This document shows, one piece after another, positions 49,942 to 64,000 of a DNA stretch of 64,000 bases (position 1 is its first letter; the number at the start of each line of letters is the position of its first letter). Below the pieces are notes generated by a model. The model was given only the letters and a program-made list of their open reading frames with translations. It was not told the DNA's origin and searched no databases. The stretch is from Takakia lepidozioides (lineage: Eukaryota > Plantae > Bryophyta): the NCBI GenBank assembly GCA_030704615.1, contig CM060734.1:36456001-36520000 (forward strand), given 5' to 3'. A program made the translations under genes and the position numbers.

Positions 49942-52900
49942 CTATCTGAATGGTCTCAGGTTGGAGTGTCCATTAGAAGAAGGGGTCGTGTCACCCAAAT
50001 TGCTGTCATTGCCAATTGAAGAGACTGAACGTTCTGTCCGAATAGGTCCAGGCATTCCCTTGATGCTGGGACTTCGCTGAGGGTAGGCAGCTGGGCGGAA
50101 TGGGCGCATCAATGGCCCAGAATTACTAATCAGATTCTCAGAAATGGGAAAGGACAGGCGCTTCTTGGCCGTTGCCCAACCATCTTTCTCTGGAGTTCCT
50201 GGCCGCTGCTTAGGTGTGCTGTGGGATCGAACCTTGGCTCTGGCAGATTGTGTGGCCTGCATGTAGTTGGGAACTGCTGGGGAGCTTGCCAGGCTCTCAT
50301 CATCTCGAATTGATCCTGCAGTGCTGTACCGGGTACCGAATCGGGGCCCACCAGATGGCATACTGGGAGTGGACCTAGCTGTAGTAGACACTGTACTTCC
50401 CACTTCTTCAATATCCTCCCTCCGAATGCTGCTCCGTGGGCTGGCCGAGCGAATAAGGATCGGCATTGGCTTATGGCTAGAGGGTGGGGTGGCTGGGGAA
50501 TGTAAAGCCCCTTGGCTTGTCGTTCTTTGGATGGTGTTCGAGCTCTGGTAATTGTGGCTGTTTCCATTGGCATGAATTGGTCCAGACTGGGGTACAAGGC
50601 GTGAGTCATGATTTGAAGGTAAACTTTCACTCCTCATTGGTCCTGATTGGGGAACAAGCGTTCTCCGTTTGTAGGAACTCTGCTGTTTCAACCCAGAATC
50701 AATCTCCAACATCTTCACTACATGGTCACCGTCAGCACTCTTCACAGAATAGCTTTCAAGCACATCCTTGGAAACAGAGCTGTTGTCAAAGATTCTGTTC
50801 TCCCATGGACGCGCTGCCATCCATCGCTCCAGCCAGCTCCAGCCCCAGTGAGGTTTGTCCGGCTCGCAATCAATGTACAACTGTGACGCCTGCTTTGGGG
50901 CCGATCTCCATAACTGTCAGTACAGAAAAGGTTAGGTAGCAACAAAAATCACTCAAGTATAAAAACTGCTTAAAATCATCGAAGAAAATGAGGCTGTCCG
51001 AGTATGCCAGCTAATTGCAAGTGACACTATCCAGGACACATTTTCAATCTCACAGGACATTCAAACTGTGTCACCTTGTCATATTTCAGAACATCTAGGA
51101 CAGTGACGGCTCAATCTGCAACATAGACTGTTCCCTTTGAGGTATGACTACTCAGACTGGCACCCATAGGGAGGGGCTTTTTGTGCAACAAGTCTCTCAC
51201 CAAATAAGACAACAGCCCGCATACCAAATAGAAAAGTTGCACCATTGGTTTGTACATGTAGGCAATTTGTCCGGTCAAAGCACACTTTAGACAAAGGGAT
51301 CCAGGCACAACCACACAACAAGACTTTGGGCGAAATAATCACACAGATGAGCTTTCGAAACCAAACCTGATGAGAGAACGCATAGGCTAGAGCTCTCTCC
51401 CTCTTCATTGCTGCCTCTTGCTTGCTATGCATTTTGGCCTCCAGCTCTTGCACGGTGCGGAGGCTGTCATTCCACCCTGAATCCTGCCAGCCATCCTATG
51501 AATCCAACAAAAGTACGTCAGTGTCTTCCAATTTTCTGTTCAGTATCATGAAGCAAACACGTGAGTATGGGTTTAATTTCCCATAATAATAATCTACGTA
51601 GGGCAAGAACATCCGATGGTGCAATATGAAAGGATACATTTTGTTCCTAAAGATTCAGTCTCTGGCAGAGTCTTAGTGACCCTTGTTGCTTTGTTTCATC
51701 AACCCTAAACCTGCTGATAGATAGTAATCAATAAAAAGAACATGGGCAATTCCTTGTTTGCATACCTGACAAGAAGTTGCATGATTCTGGAAACAAAAAC
51801 TACAATTAGCACATTCCCATCTTTTTCTAGAATGGCAAACGAGGAGAACAAACAAAAACACTACGGCAGTAGAACGCCACATGATCAGAAGAGTGTACCA
51901 CAGATTTCCTGGGACGAGTCTCCTGCTGCCGCCGCTGCCATAGCTGCCGTTGAACAGCTTGACCTTCCTCAGACATTCTAACCCGCCGGGCTCGAACCCG
52001 GGCTTGAACACGAACGAGTGCTTGCATACATCGAAGTGTGATCGTTGCCTGGCGTCGCACTGTATGTCCACGGACCAAGGCCTGTAACCTCACGAGGCCC
52101 TTAAGAGCACGTAACGCTCGTCGTGCCTGCAATGAGAGACAAGAGGGTTCTTCTTCAAAGACTAATTCTTCACAATCCAGCCTGAGAAAATTTGTGCACC
52201 AACCAATGCGGATCCACGCATACAGATGCATCACAGACCAGAAGCAACCTGCCCTGCCTATGGACTTTATTTTGGTCCCTGGGTTGGCAGAGACAGCCAG
52301 AAACAAACTGGGAGGAAAATTTAACTAACTAGACTTGAACAATCGCAAGAAAGGCTCCTGCAGAAGACTTGAATAGAAAATGCACGCAACAACTCCATGT
52401 GAACATTAGCTTCATTAGGATAGTGGTTAAAAACCTCTTAGTTGGTCAGCAATTTCCTTAGAACTGTTACATCCTCCAGAAACTGCAAACAGCACTGGGA
52501 ACTTCAGGCTAGAGTATGTACCAGATATCCACGGAAAGCTGTTTGGATCCGAATGGCTGCCCAGTCTTCCTGTGTCGTATAGACAGACAAAGTTGTCACA
52601 CCATTGTACTGGCGAATAGGAGTGGCTTTATGACTGGGCATTGGCACTGCGCCGCTGCCATGTGTGTACTCATCTCCCCCCTTCTTTTCTGCTACAGAGG
52701 CAGCCTGGAGGTCCTTGACTTCATCCGAAGCAGACTGATGGTGTGAGGACTTGCCAAAGCTCCATCTTCTTCTGTTCTTGGGCTTCTCCTGGGACACAAG
52801 CCATGCGCAAACCCGAAATTGGAGTTATTAGCATATCTTGAAACCAAGTACCGCCTGTATCTCTCATTTGAAAGTTAGAAGGCCTTGCAACCACACCTCT

Positions 52901-53374
52901 GCACATCTGCAGATGTCATATCCCGACAACTCCTGATAAGGTAGCACTGCTACAATGCTAGACACCCTCCTAAAGTTATGACAAGTGAATAACTTGATTG
53001 CCAAGACAAATGCTTTGCAGTAAAAATACACTTGAATCAAAAATCATGGAATCTCGGCCTGAGACTCCCACAATAGCAGAGTCTAAAATGAGTTTCCCCA
53101 CATCCCTAATCCTGCCTCTTTCATCATTATCTTCAAACGCATGAGTACAGAAGCCAAGGGGCAGGGTATGCACGCAAACAACCATATAAATCTGTCAGTG
53201 GACCATACAAAATGCTGCATTCAACACAGGGCATTATAAAATTACCACCACTATTGGAGGAATATCCCCAAGAAGATCTAATTCTTTTGGCGCAGATTTC
53301 TCTGAGTCCTTGTCCTTTGAAGGAGAGCGAAATGCTTTTTTGACAACACTGAACCATTTTCCTTTCTTGCCCAT
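49942..53374 (-). CDS. IQD: IQ67-domain calmodulin-binding protein (IQD family); exons 53374-53246, 52788-52522, 52126-51899, 51495-51367, 50913-49942; 574 aa
   Basis: [27 protein letters not shown]|[62 protein letters not shown]; all introns phase 0 GT-AG. Confidence 0.95.
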
Positions 53375-55589
53375 ACTCAAGTCCTGCAGCCAGACTAGTC
53401 CAGAGTCTGCAAAACAGCAGCTTTTGTATAAGAGATTGCAGTAGACGACCATTGTGATAGTGCAAACCTAGAAATTTACAATGAGATTTCGTGTAAGAGC
53501 CAGAATCGCATGGCATAGAAGCACGGTTGATGTGTGCACAATATACATCTGAGAAGCTAACCAATCTATGACTGACAACAGTACCATCAGTTGGAGCAGG
53601 GCCAAATGGAGCATGGTAGGATGTCAGAACAGCCAAACTGCTCATATATCAAGAACTAAGCTGAGTATTTAGGCTTGAAGGCAGCCCCGGCATTGTCAAT
53701 TTCAAACGGCGTCCTCCAGAGCAGTAATGCTCTGCTGTCCAGGTGTGTGTTGCATCCCCTGCAACTTGACTTGGTTGTTTTGTGGAGCAACATTGTCGGC
53801 GTACTCCTTTTTACTTTCATCATCTTCACCTCTGAACTAACATTCATTCTATTTCTATCCAAGGCTTGCCTGGCAGTGATACCCGGCATCCCATCAGCTG
53901 AAAAGTGGCTTGCTAGGAGTCCAACTGAGATCAATATAAACGGGTGATCTAGAGACAACTATTTCCAATCAGAGAATCAGAATGCCTTGTTGCAGACAGA
54001 CAAAAGACTATCAAGAAGACGGACGGCACAGAGAGGGGATTGAAAGTGAACAGCGAAACAGAGACAAACTGCCGCAGATAGAACGGGAGAAGACCCTACA
54101 GAAGCGTTCACAGCAACGCAAAAGATAGAGGGGGTGCAGGTAACACTACGAACGTGAACTGTTATCGAATGCTGGGATTGGAGAGCGACAGACAGAAAAA
54201 TTCGATTTCACTAACGAATTGTTCCACAAATCAATGACCGTACCTTGGAGTTTCTGCCATAAAACAGAGGCAGAAGCCCATCTGCGGATTTGGGTAGTAA
54301 AGTGCACGACTTGTGAAGCAAGGATTGGCAATTGGTTTCAAGTATGAAAGGAACACATTCCTCCTAGCTCAAAGCCCCAGGATGTACCTGAATGTGGTCC
54401 TTCACGCGATGTGGTAAGAGAAAGCTCCTAAGTTGCTGAGGCGATCTCGTTCAAGGACATGTATCGTTAACAACGACGTGGGAGCATATATTCTGTAGGA
54501 AATAGAAACAAACAATCTATTTACTATCCATGGTCAGACCAGGAAAAGCAGAGAAACTGTAGCTCGGAATGATGATCAAGTACTCTCAAGGAAACTCGGA
54601 GAGGAAAATCCCAATGGGGTAGAAACAGAGCGAATGTGTAGTGCAGACGTTCATAGAGGAGTATGCTAACAATGTTGATCCACACAACATCTAAGTAAAG
54701 GTCCATTTGACATGACAGAAAGCTCTGACCGGAACAGCTATTCAACTCTATCAATGGACCAACAATGCAGCTCGTGGATGCTTTCTATGGAGAACGGCTC
54801 AACATTACAAACTTTCGGAGTTACGAGCTTCCCTCGATTCTCGAGAACAACCTTCAAGCCCAAACGTCCACCGAAGATTTGGTGATAAGCACAAGCTTTG
54901 GAAACCCTCTAAGCATTACCCAGAAACTAGAGCATCTCCTCTCCGCGGTAACTAAGCAGCTTGATGGTGGAGTTGAAGCTCAAACACATCGAGGATCTTT
55001 CGCCTGTAGATTCGACAAATTTGTCCACCTCCCGTGGCACCTATGCTACGATTAGGAAACCAGATCTACTACTCCAACCAAGGAAGGTCGGTAGAGGAGC
55101 AATCTAATGACAGTCTCAAGTTGACAGAAGCAACAATGCCATGGTACTCAATGCTCCATCTCCTTCTCAATCCAAGACAGACGAGGTGGGCGAGCTCACC
55201 GTATCTCGCCGAAGCCCGAACAATCCTCCACTAGCCCTCGCATTCAAGCTTCCTCTGCATAATGCCTGACAGACAAACTCGCAGAGCCGGAACGGTACGC
55301 TATCCCAAAAACCGTGCCAACGCGAGCATACTACACCACACCAACAAACCACCACCTCCTTCCTCAAGATTCCCGCAATGCGTAACTCAGAGCCGAATGC
55401 AGCCGTTGATCTCTCTCGCTACTCTGAAACCTCCCCCCCTAACAGCCTAGCGACAATACAGAAGGTCCGCAGCCTCCCCTCACATCTTCCCTCCTACCGG
55501 TGCCTGACATTGATGCAAACAGACAGCGCGCGACGAACACGAGCCCTCGACAGAATAGAGCGCGAAGAAACAGCGGCACCGAGCGAGCG

Positions 55590-55593
55590 AGCG

Positions 55594-55624
<31 letters not shown>
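55590..55624. repeat. (GA)n microsatellite in the probable IQD 5' leader/promoter
   Basis: GA run; CT-rich on the IQD sense strand; minus-strand donor GTGAG near 55199 suggests a 5'UTR intron. Confidence 0.75.
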
Positions 55625-55628
<4 letters not shown>

Positions 55629-58600
55629 CGGCGACGGTCCCGGCAGCGCAGGCACGGCACTCCTCCGGCAGGCCTCCGTTTGCCCTACCGCAATCCGTCG
55701 CCGCCGCGGCGTGAACCCTCTCGATTTTTTCTTTTTTCTTTTTTTCTCTAGATTAAATTGTGAATTATCAGAAAGCGGCACACCTTACTCGGCTCAGTAA
55801 GAAGTTACTACCGACTCCAATTTAGCAACGCATTAAAATAAAATAAAAGCAATATGGGCGGAATTAGGTCACACAATCCGCAGGAATGTTGGAACCCGGA
55901 ATATCTTCGGATGTGACGGAAACGTGGCCACTCCGCCCGAATCTTCTTTTCCCGGCCCCACTCCGGCCGCCGTGTAGATGCTTTTTAGACGAGAAATGGT
56001 AGCAACAGGATGAGGTCCCACGCATACTGTCAGTCATCAGCGCTTTCTTCATCCATCTGGTTCCATTTCTCATCCTATCCTGCGGGAACTGAAGAGCCCC
56101 CAATGGATGAACAAATGGATGCGCGACAGGGAAATGCCAAGGCTGACGCCGCGCAACACAAGCCGGTGACCCGGTACGCGGGGCCCACCATCTATCGATA
56201 ATGCCTCTCCGGGTGCAGCCGGTGGGCCCGACCGACACCTGCCACCACCCGCCTGCCACACTGCTCCATCACAGCCTGTGGCGACAACCGCCAGCTGGCA
56301 CCGCAACCTCTTCTCTGCCACCTTTTTCTTTTTCTACGACTACATCCATCACCATCGTAAAAAGTTGGATTGCAAACTTCTCTGTGGGGCCCTTCGAAGC
56401 TTCATCCACAGTGTACGACGTTCATCCACAGAAAACATGCTCTGGCACCCGAGTATGGCCAAAAAAGTGGGCGCCACCGGAATGTGTGTATTTCAACGCG
56501 CCGGTCGGTCGGACAGCTGCCAGCCCGAGGCCATCGCCGTCGCCGGCGGTGGGGCCGGCCTACCCACCGGTAGCAGCCGGTGGCCCGAGTTGATGTCACT
56601 GTTAGTAGGCGGTGCGCAGGACAGGCCGGGAACGTGGAATAATCTTGGGGTCACATGGGCACCTGCTGCCGCGCTATCATCATTCCCTTTCTTATTACCT
56701 CCCTCATGGCCGCTAATAAATATTATTCAATCATTCGCTTACAGGATAACCGACCATCGCCACCCATCTATCTATATACACAAACTGGACCGACATTGGA
56801 CGACAATCTGCGCTATATCCTGGATGAGAATATTTCTACAAATTCCGGATGAGAATATCTTTATTGGGATCCAATAAAAAACACTTCAGCCTCCAACGGT
56901 CCGATGAGTCAATCGTGGATGGTTACAGATTATCGTTGACCAGCGTCTCCAAGAACGATGAATGATGCACTGTTCATCCAAGACAAGAGTCACGACAAAT
57001 GAAAAGCATCCATTGCACATCCTACAACGGCAGGTGGCAGGTGACTGGCAACCTGCTGCCAGCTTTTGACCAGAATGGCACGTGTCCGCACATAGGTGGC
57101 AGAGCGCGCGCGGCTATGGCACGCAAACTCTCCCAACGATGGGCTCTATTAAGGGGGCGACAACCCGGACGATTATTAATCCCCCGTAATTAAGCTTGCA
57201 GCGCTTTAACTAAATTCCCTTGCATTGAAATGGAAATGGGGTAATCATCGCTTCGCACACTTCCCGTTCCGTCGCTTGGCCGAATTTAGTCAAAACTGCA
57301 GGGCTAAAGAAAGACACGAAGGAAATTAAGGTGGACGGGGAGGCGTATTAGCAAATGATAGGCTGGAGTCAGGGTTTGACCATTGACCGAAACGCCTACC
57401 ATTATGAACCAGGCGGCAGGAGCGATCGCAACCGTCTAGTATCAAACATCGTGTTCTGTACGTACGTACGATTCGAAGATGTACACGTACGTATCCAACG
57501 GTGGTTATTGCCGCTGCCGTTTTGCAGGGGTTTCCGATGAGCCCACACGTAGCATCCCCATCACTAGGTACCTTACATAGTTTGTATCTAGCATCTACCT
57601 ACCTGGCTGGTTCTGACCTACCTGCATAGGTCTCAGTCTTGGATGTAGGTGTGGTCACGACCATCATCCATGGATGATGGGAAATAAATTAAGTTTACAT
57701 CTAATTATGGTTGAAGATGCGATAATAATGTTAGTTAATGAGAGGATAGTATCGTAAATATCTAGTAAAACGGCCGTGCAGAATCAGCAGTAAAATTTCA
57801 TCCATCACTCATCCATCGAGTGCATTCAGGTACGGTCTGAAAAGGAGATATTGAAATTGTCAAAAGAGTTTACTAGGGATAAAGGTGAAGGGTTGGACTA
57901 TTGGGACTCGGTGTGGGACCGAGATTAAGAAATCCCGTTTGATTGCATTATTGGTGGTCCAGGCCCAAATTGGATTGGATGGATGAGAGTTGGTAAGGGT
58001 TACGTTGATGTGACCCGCTCTCCCGTTGCGCTGATGTCACACGAGGGACAAAGAGGCAGGACAAATTATGAGCGAGGGTGGGCCATTAGGGGGGATATGT
58101 TGGATGGATGATTTCATCCGCATCTCCACACGCATCCGGCCTTAAGGCTTTCTTGGGGTGAACGGGTGACGGCTTGACGGTGTGCGGGGGGCTGCAGTCG
58201 TAGATCTGCAAACAGGTCTTGGAGCTTTGAAGTTTGAAGGGCGTCATAGGCAGAACCCCACTGAATGGTTTGATTATGTTGGTGGTGTTTGGCTAGTGAA
58301 GAGTTAATGCACTAGTGCTGTTCATGACAATTAATTCCGAGCTTGCTTGTGAGCTCTCTTCATAGAGCCAATGTTGCTGATCAGTTACTAGACACACTTG
58401 GGGTCCAGAATTCATGGACTAATAACGCCCTGAACTAAAGTCCGGAATACAACAGTCCATATTTGCTCACAATCATTGATCAAAAGCTTGCTCTTATTAA
58501 TCCCTCAGCTCATTGAGCAACATTGATCACCCAGACCACTTATTACACGGATATCTGCTTCTAAGCACGAGGGGCTCTAGACCTGGAGCAGACAGGATCA

Positions 58601-61600
58601 CCAATATCAACAAGCTCTTCAAAGCCGAGGCTTCCAGATGTAGAGCGAGATAGTTATGAAGGAAACAGAGTCATTGAGGCGATTAAGTAGTGTGGGAGCA
58701 AGGACGAGGCTCTTGTGTCGGCTGGGAATGCATGAATAATAGGAATGCAGAAATTGCCGTGGGCAATACGGCACCGAGGCGCAGTGCACAAACAATACAT
58801 GCGCTCCACGCTTCTCATAAACGGTTGCCGTATACGGGACGGTGCACACATCTTCATCCACCCCCCCAGAAAAAGGTGCTATCCTGGACGAATGAGTCTA
58901 TCCATGGATACATCGGTGGCCCCATGGCCTGGACGTTGGGACGTTTATCTATTCGTGAGAAGGTGTAGAAGCAGGTTCAGTGTGAGATGCCCAGCCCCTC
59001 AGCAGTGCCCTAGTGTTCCATGCAAATGCGGGTTTGATTTGATGTAGCTTGAAGAAATGAGATAAGCAAATTGCAAATGGCATGAAAAACAAGCCTTGAA
59101 ACAGTTAGTAAGCAGAAAGTGAGAACTGAATTTCCAGTTATATGCAAATCCTGGCATATTGAAGACTGTTCCTCACCCTCCCCAACCATAAATTTGAAAT
59201 ATGGGCTCCCCTTGTTTCAAGTTTTACCAATGTATAAATCTCTTCTAGCTGATCTTGATCAATTGAGTCAAGCACCCTATTCAAATGTGGGATAATAGAA
59301 AAGAAGCCATGTGTGGCTCCAACAGTGTCTAATCGCCACATAAGTAATGGGCAGTACCCACCATACTCTCTCTACCATTTTGCATAGTTTGATAGACATC
59401 AAATTCAACATGTATATCCTCAGCCATGAATCTTATGGCTAGTAAGCTCATTGCGATATTGGGCTTTAAATGAATTGATTATCATGGCATCAATGGCCTA
59501 TAACGTGCTAATATAATTAGGAGGCAAAAACTCCATAGTAGTTATTCGAAGATTTGCAACTATGTTGACAATTTTATGACCCAAGAAATTATCAAACAAA
59601 ATAACATCTTGTTGTTAATGCCTGCTGTACGCATTCTTTCTCAAAGCCCAACAAAAATTTCTTAAACAGACAAATTGTCATCCATGCCTTATTGTTCGCA
59701 GAGCACAGACTTTTAGGGTTTAAAACATTTCGCCTTGCAAACGACTTGTTTGTCCAATGCATGAGATCGTTGTCTTTTTGGTGATTGTTATCCCATTGTT
59801 TGATGATGAATGCATATATTGTATATATTGCCTCTTCAATGGCACTCCGTAAGCTTATGAATTGAAGAATTACAAGGTATACTACAAAACATATATGTAG
59901 ATCTGATTATGGTGTCATGGATGGGTGTTTCTCATGTACTCAATTCCAATCTCACAAGGAGATTTGGAATTAGTGCAGGCCGTTCCTTGCCGTTCCTTGT
60001 TAGGGCGATGGTGTTTTCAAAATTGGACGTGAGAGATTGGATAACCAGTAGCTTATGGGCCAAATTTATCGAGACCCTGCGAATCTTACTCTTAAATAAC
60101 ATGTACCCAAAAGTTTGCAACTAGCAAATGGCTACCCACTTAATATAATTAATTTTGAGCATTAAGTGACCACATCTCATTAAAATAGACCCATTTTTAA
60201 CACTTCTTTTAACAACTTTTCGACACTTCCTTGGGGGAGGGTTGGGCAACTCAGTTGCCCTACTTACTTAACAGTGAAAGGTCCACCTTCGACACAAAGC
60301 AATATCCCTTGGGGGCGAAGTGACACCATAAGTTACACTACCTTCGGCAAAAGTCTTCCTTCAATTACTATCAACAATGCCAACCACAAAATATGTCAAA
60401 AGTTATATGTGTGCAATATTATTTGTGCACAATTATATGTCACTTTATTTTGACCCGTTTTGTGACAGTTTTTTCTTTAACTCTTTGCGATGTTAGTTAG
60501 AAAAAACTCTTTGTGATGTTAGTAAACAACACGTGTAGATTTCTTTTTGAAAGCACCGAAGTACCTTCACATTAAGTTAACCATTGGACCCAGTACCCCA
60601 TTTTATGTCTAGGTTGGTCATAGTGGATGACATCCAACATACACCTATGTGGCTTTAAACCTAGTAGCACTTGTAAGGCGGCCTTGTGCCCTAACCACTT
60701 GGCTATCTGTTGGATACTTGATAATAATACATCGCTACAATTTAGTCATTCGAAAATATTTCAATCAATCACGATATATGAGGGACCTCAAAGACTTGGA
60801 ATCGTGAGCTCAAATGATTGAAAACTGCAATCATAGTACATTGCACCGATCATTTTAACAAAAAATTAGAACATATTTATATATGTTCAAATTATGCACT
60901 CTTTGTCCAAGGGTTGTAATGCATTGCTTCTAAGTTGAATGTCATGTCAAGGTGTTGTATGACCTCTGCTTCCACATTACATGTTTCATAATGTTCTGCT
61001 ATATTCAGTGTCCAAGTTGAATGATTGTAATGACATATAACTAATTTCAGGGTCAAGGTGTTGTATGACCTCTGCTGTCCAAGTTGAATGATTGTAATGA
61101 CATATAACTAATTTCAAGTTGAATGCTCTAGCAGCGTGCACTGCACTGTACTATCAAACTATATTCAATCTAATTTTGGGCTGCTTTCAAGTTGAACAAA
61201 CATTTGTCTCGTAGTTGCCCAACTACCACTCAATGGCTCCGACGTATAGTCATTGGTTTGCTTTGCTCTTACAGAAAAAATGTTTAATTCCTAAATGTCA
61301 GATCGACCCGAAACGAGTCGCACCCATTTTTTTACCCTTCTCCGTATTAGATATTAGGGTTTGTAAGGCGCAGGCGTGTGCCTATGGCAGGGCCCACGTG
61401 TAGCAAAGAGGGTCATGAAGGGTGGGAACGCCTCTATCCGTCGGTCCATCCATTGCTCGGTCTGCCGCAACTAGATCTGCTAGACGACAAGCGGGTCCAC
61501 TACGGTAGGTCCGAGCCAAGCGGGGGCCATGACCTGCCCGCATACTCTGGTAATGCACATAAAGCATTAAAATATTTCTAAGGCTTTTAATAAGCATCGG

Positions 61601-62459
61601 GTAGTGTGATGGTTAAGAATAATGAATAAGATATATGAGGTTTGGTGTTCAATTTTTGTCGGGTGTCATTTGTGTTGATAATGAATTATTTTGTAAACAT
61701 GTTCTTTCTAAACTTTTTTAAAGTCCTTATTCTTCTACGGCGGGGGTGGACGTGGTGGACTCACCTGGTGTCTCGTGACCTCATATGCACCGGCAGACGC
61801 CCAGCCTTGGAGAGTGGACCCTCTAGCGGGCTATGGAGAGTGGATGGACCTTCCAACAGACTCTCCAAAATGGACTGGACTGTCCAAATGATCCTCCAGC
61901 GGACTCTGCAGAGTGGGCAAACTCTCCAAAATAGACTGGACTGGACTGTCCAACGGACCCGGTGGATGGGCGATGGGCTTATGACGTGACCCCATGGGCT
62001 ATAATGGTGGTGCCCACATGCGTATTGAAGACCTTAATATTAGAAAAATGAGAAGTTTTTTCTTACAAACCCAAACCCCTGTACTTTTTCCAATTTATGT
62101 CCGATTAATATTTAGGAAAAACAAAAATGGTAGCATCTCAACAAGAGCTTTCCAATGGCACATGCCCGAGGCTGGTTCATCCAAATGGCAATAAATTAAG
62201 ATGATCTACAAGGCCCAAATTACAAATTGCGGAGAAATCATCTTTGGATATGTTTTGTACGCCTAGTTGCACAAACTGATGTCATGTGGCGCTAACACGT
62301 CAGCAACATGTCTCAAGTCATGTCACCTTAAAACTGACTTTACGTTATGTATTTTTTAAATAAAATTTAAATTTAATATTTCATAACTTATCATAGTAAT
62401 ACGTAAGCCACCATGTCATATCTAGTTGGTGGACCGATATTTTAAAAACTAATTTAAAA

Positions 62460-63360
62460 AAAAATTGGGACCGCAACATCTTGCGATTCCAACTTTTGAA
62501 AATTTCTGTAATAAATTGGGACCACTAGTATTGGCGGTCCCAATTTTATCTGTATTTTCTTTTCGAGTTCTTCTTGAAAGATAAAATCGGGCCGTCAACT
62601 AGTTTAACCCCTTAACGCTCGCGGGCCCATTTTTTGGAATTTTTGTAAAAACAAAATAAAAAAATGGAGATTTGCAAGATTTTGCATGTCGGGATGGCAT
62701 TGGCTCGGCCTGCTGTACCCCCAAAAAATGTTCCCCACGTCCCCCTTGTTCCAACAAGCCCAAAATCACCAGGTGCAGGGACTTGGTCAAAGTGCAGGGG
62801 GTATGAGATACTCTTTTGTGAGCTATGCACAGGAAAACAAAGAGGTGGGAGCAAGCGCAATTAGAATCCCCCCAAAAAAATCCCTAGATTTCTGCCGTCC
62901 ATCCTGGTCCATACTGATCTGGGCAATAGCTCTCGCATGGACCATCCTGTCGTCGACACGCAGTGCACCCAACAAAAAAAATCAAAATCGGCCAAAATCT
63001 GCAACTGGCAGACCTGTTTGAGCCCAGAAAATGGCCCGTTTTGGGCCGGCGGGTGTTTAGGGGTTACTTTTTTTAATTTCTGTTTTGTGGATAAAATTGG
63101 GACCGCCAGCTACTGGCAGTCCCGATTTTACTTTAAAAAAAAAAATAGGGCCGCCAATTGTGACGGATGGTCCCGATTTCCATCCAAAACAATTAAAAAA
63201 ATTGGAATTGCGAGCTCTTGCGTTCCCGAATAGAATTAATAAATAAATAAAAATATATATTATTAATTGAGGAAAACCAATTGTGGCGGTCCCGATTTTA
63301 ATTTTTAAAAAACTAAAAAAAAAACTAAAAATTGGAATTGACAGATCTGGTGGTCGCGAT
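62460..63360. repeat. Cluster of direct and inverted AATTGGGACCGCCA-like subterminal repeats of DNA-transposon ends
   Basis: Repeated TTGGGACCGC / GCGGTCCC motifs interleaved with TTAA-CCCC ends at 62604 and 63363. Confidence 0.55.
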
Positions 63361-64000
63361 ATTTAACCCCTAAATGACGAGCCGTCCCGAATTGGGTCGG
63401 CCGTCTTTTATTATCCCTGGAATATCTCCCAGGGATGAAGTCGGATGAAACTGGCGCCTAAACAAAAACGCGGCGGCCAGCGAGCTATACATGCTCGACT
63501 TTATGGCGGCCAAAATATGATTTGGAGCGTCGTCGGCGATTTTTGCAAGTGCCAGGGGGGCCTGGAATCTGTAGCCCAAGGCTTTCACGGGGTTTGACTT
63601 GAGCAACGTGACAGGGCATATTGGCAAGTCGGCCCCTTTCACGGCCGGGGGTCTATGGGCTCTCTCCCTCTTCAACGGCATGTACACTCATTTTCACTTC
63701 CAGGGAAGCCCTTCACGTTGCGGGGTTTTCGTGACGTGGCCCAGAAAACTTGCCGGAAAAGGCACACCGGCCCGGCAAATGATTGCCTGAGATGGACGCC
63801 ACCGGAAATTTCACCTAAATGAACATCTAGTTTTTCGTTTTGGAATTTTCCTGTGAAATTTGGGCAGGCTTGTGTGCGTTGTTGCCCTGCACCTTTCAAC
63901 CGCTGGAATTTTCTTTCCATTGTGGAATTTCTCTTCTTCCGGGTGATTTCACTTTCTAGAGTACTTACAAGTTATCCCCTTATTTTCACATACAACCGAC

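Noticed and set aside
55167-56877. Cluster of GC-rich ORFs upstream of IQD
   Set aside because: No recognisable domains; consistent with promoter and 5'UTR sequence.
57770-58145. Possible Harbinger-like MITE with CATCC/GGATG inverted motifs
   Set aside because: TIRs are too degenerate to define ends or a TSD.
60945-61120. Short duplicated segments
   Set aside because: A local duplication with no further structure or coding signal.

Overview
Eukaryotic land-plant DNA, most likely a bryophyte/moss (inferred from a two-domain PR-10 gene, PLS-type PPR fragments and the TE types). It holds three intact spliced host genes: ISU1/IscU (-), a tandem-domain Bet v1/PR-10 gene (+) and an IQ67-domain IQD gene (-). 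These sit in a dense matrix of decayed and nested transposons: a Copia element interrupted by a gene-fragment-carrying CACTA element, a pogo-like derivative, a TRIM-like element, a hAT, an 8-bp-TSD MITE and TTAA/CCC-ended piggyBac-like elements. The standout is a 10.4-kb Ty3/Gypsy-type retroelement (13433-23809; TG...CA ends; 4-bp TSD GACA). It carries a DNMT3-like C5-cytosine methyltransferase between protease and RT (now inside an internal inversion) and ends its pol with a PHD finger. It has no normal LTR pair; its termini are split direct repeats (A1...B1-A2-B2) with a palindromic CA-GC-TG end-to-end junction, a layout I know from tyrosine-recombinase retroelements. All coordinates and alignments were read by eye, and no database searches were run.
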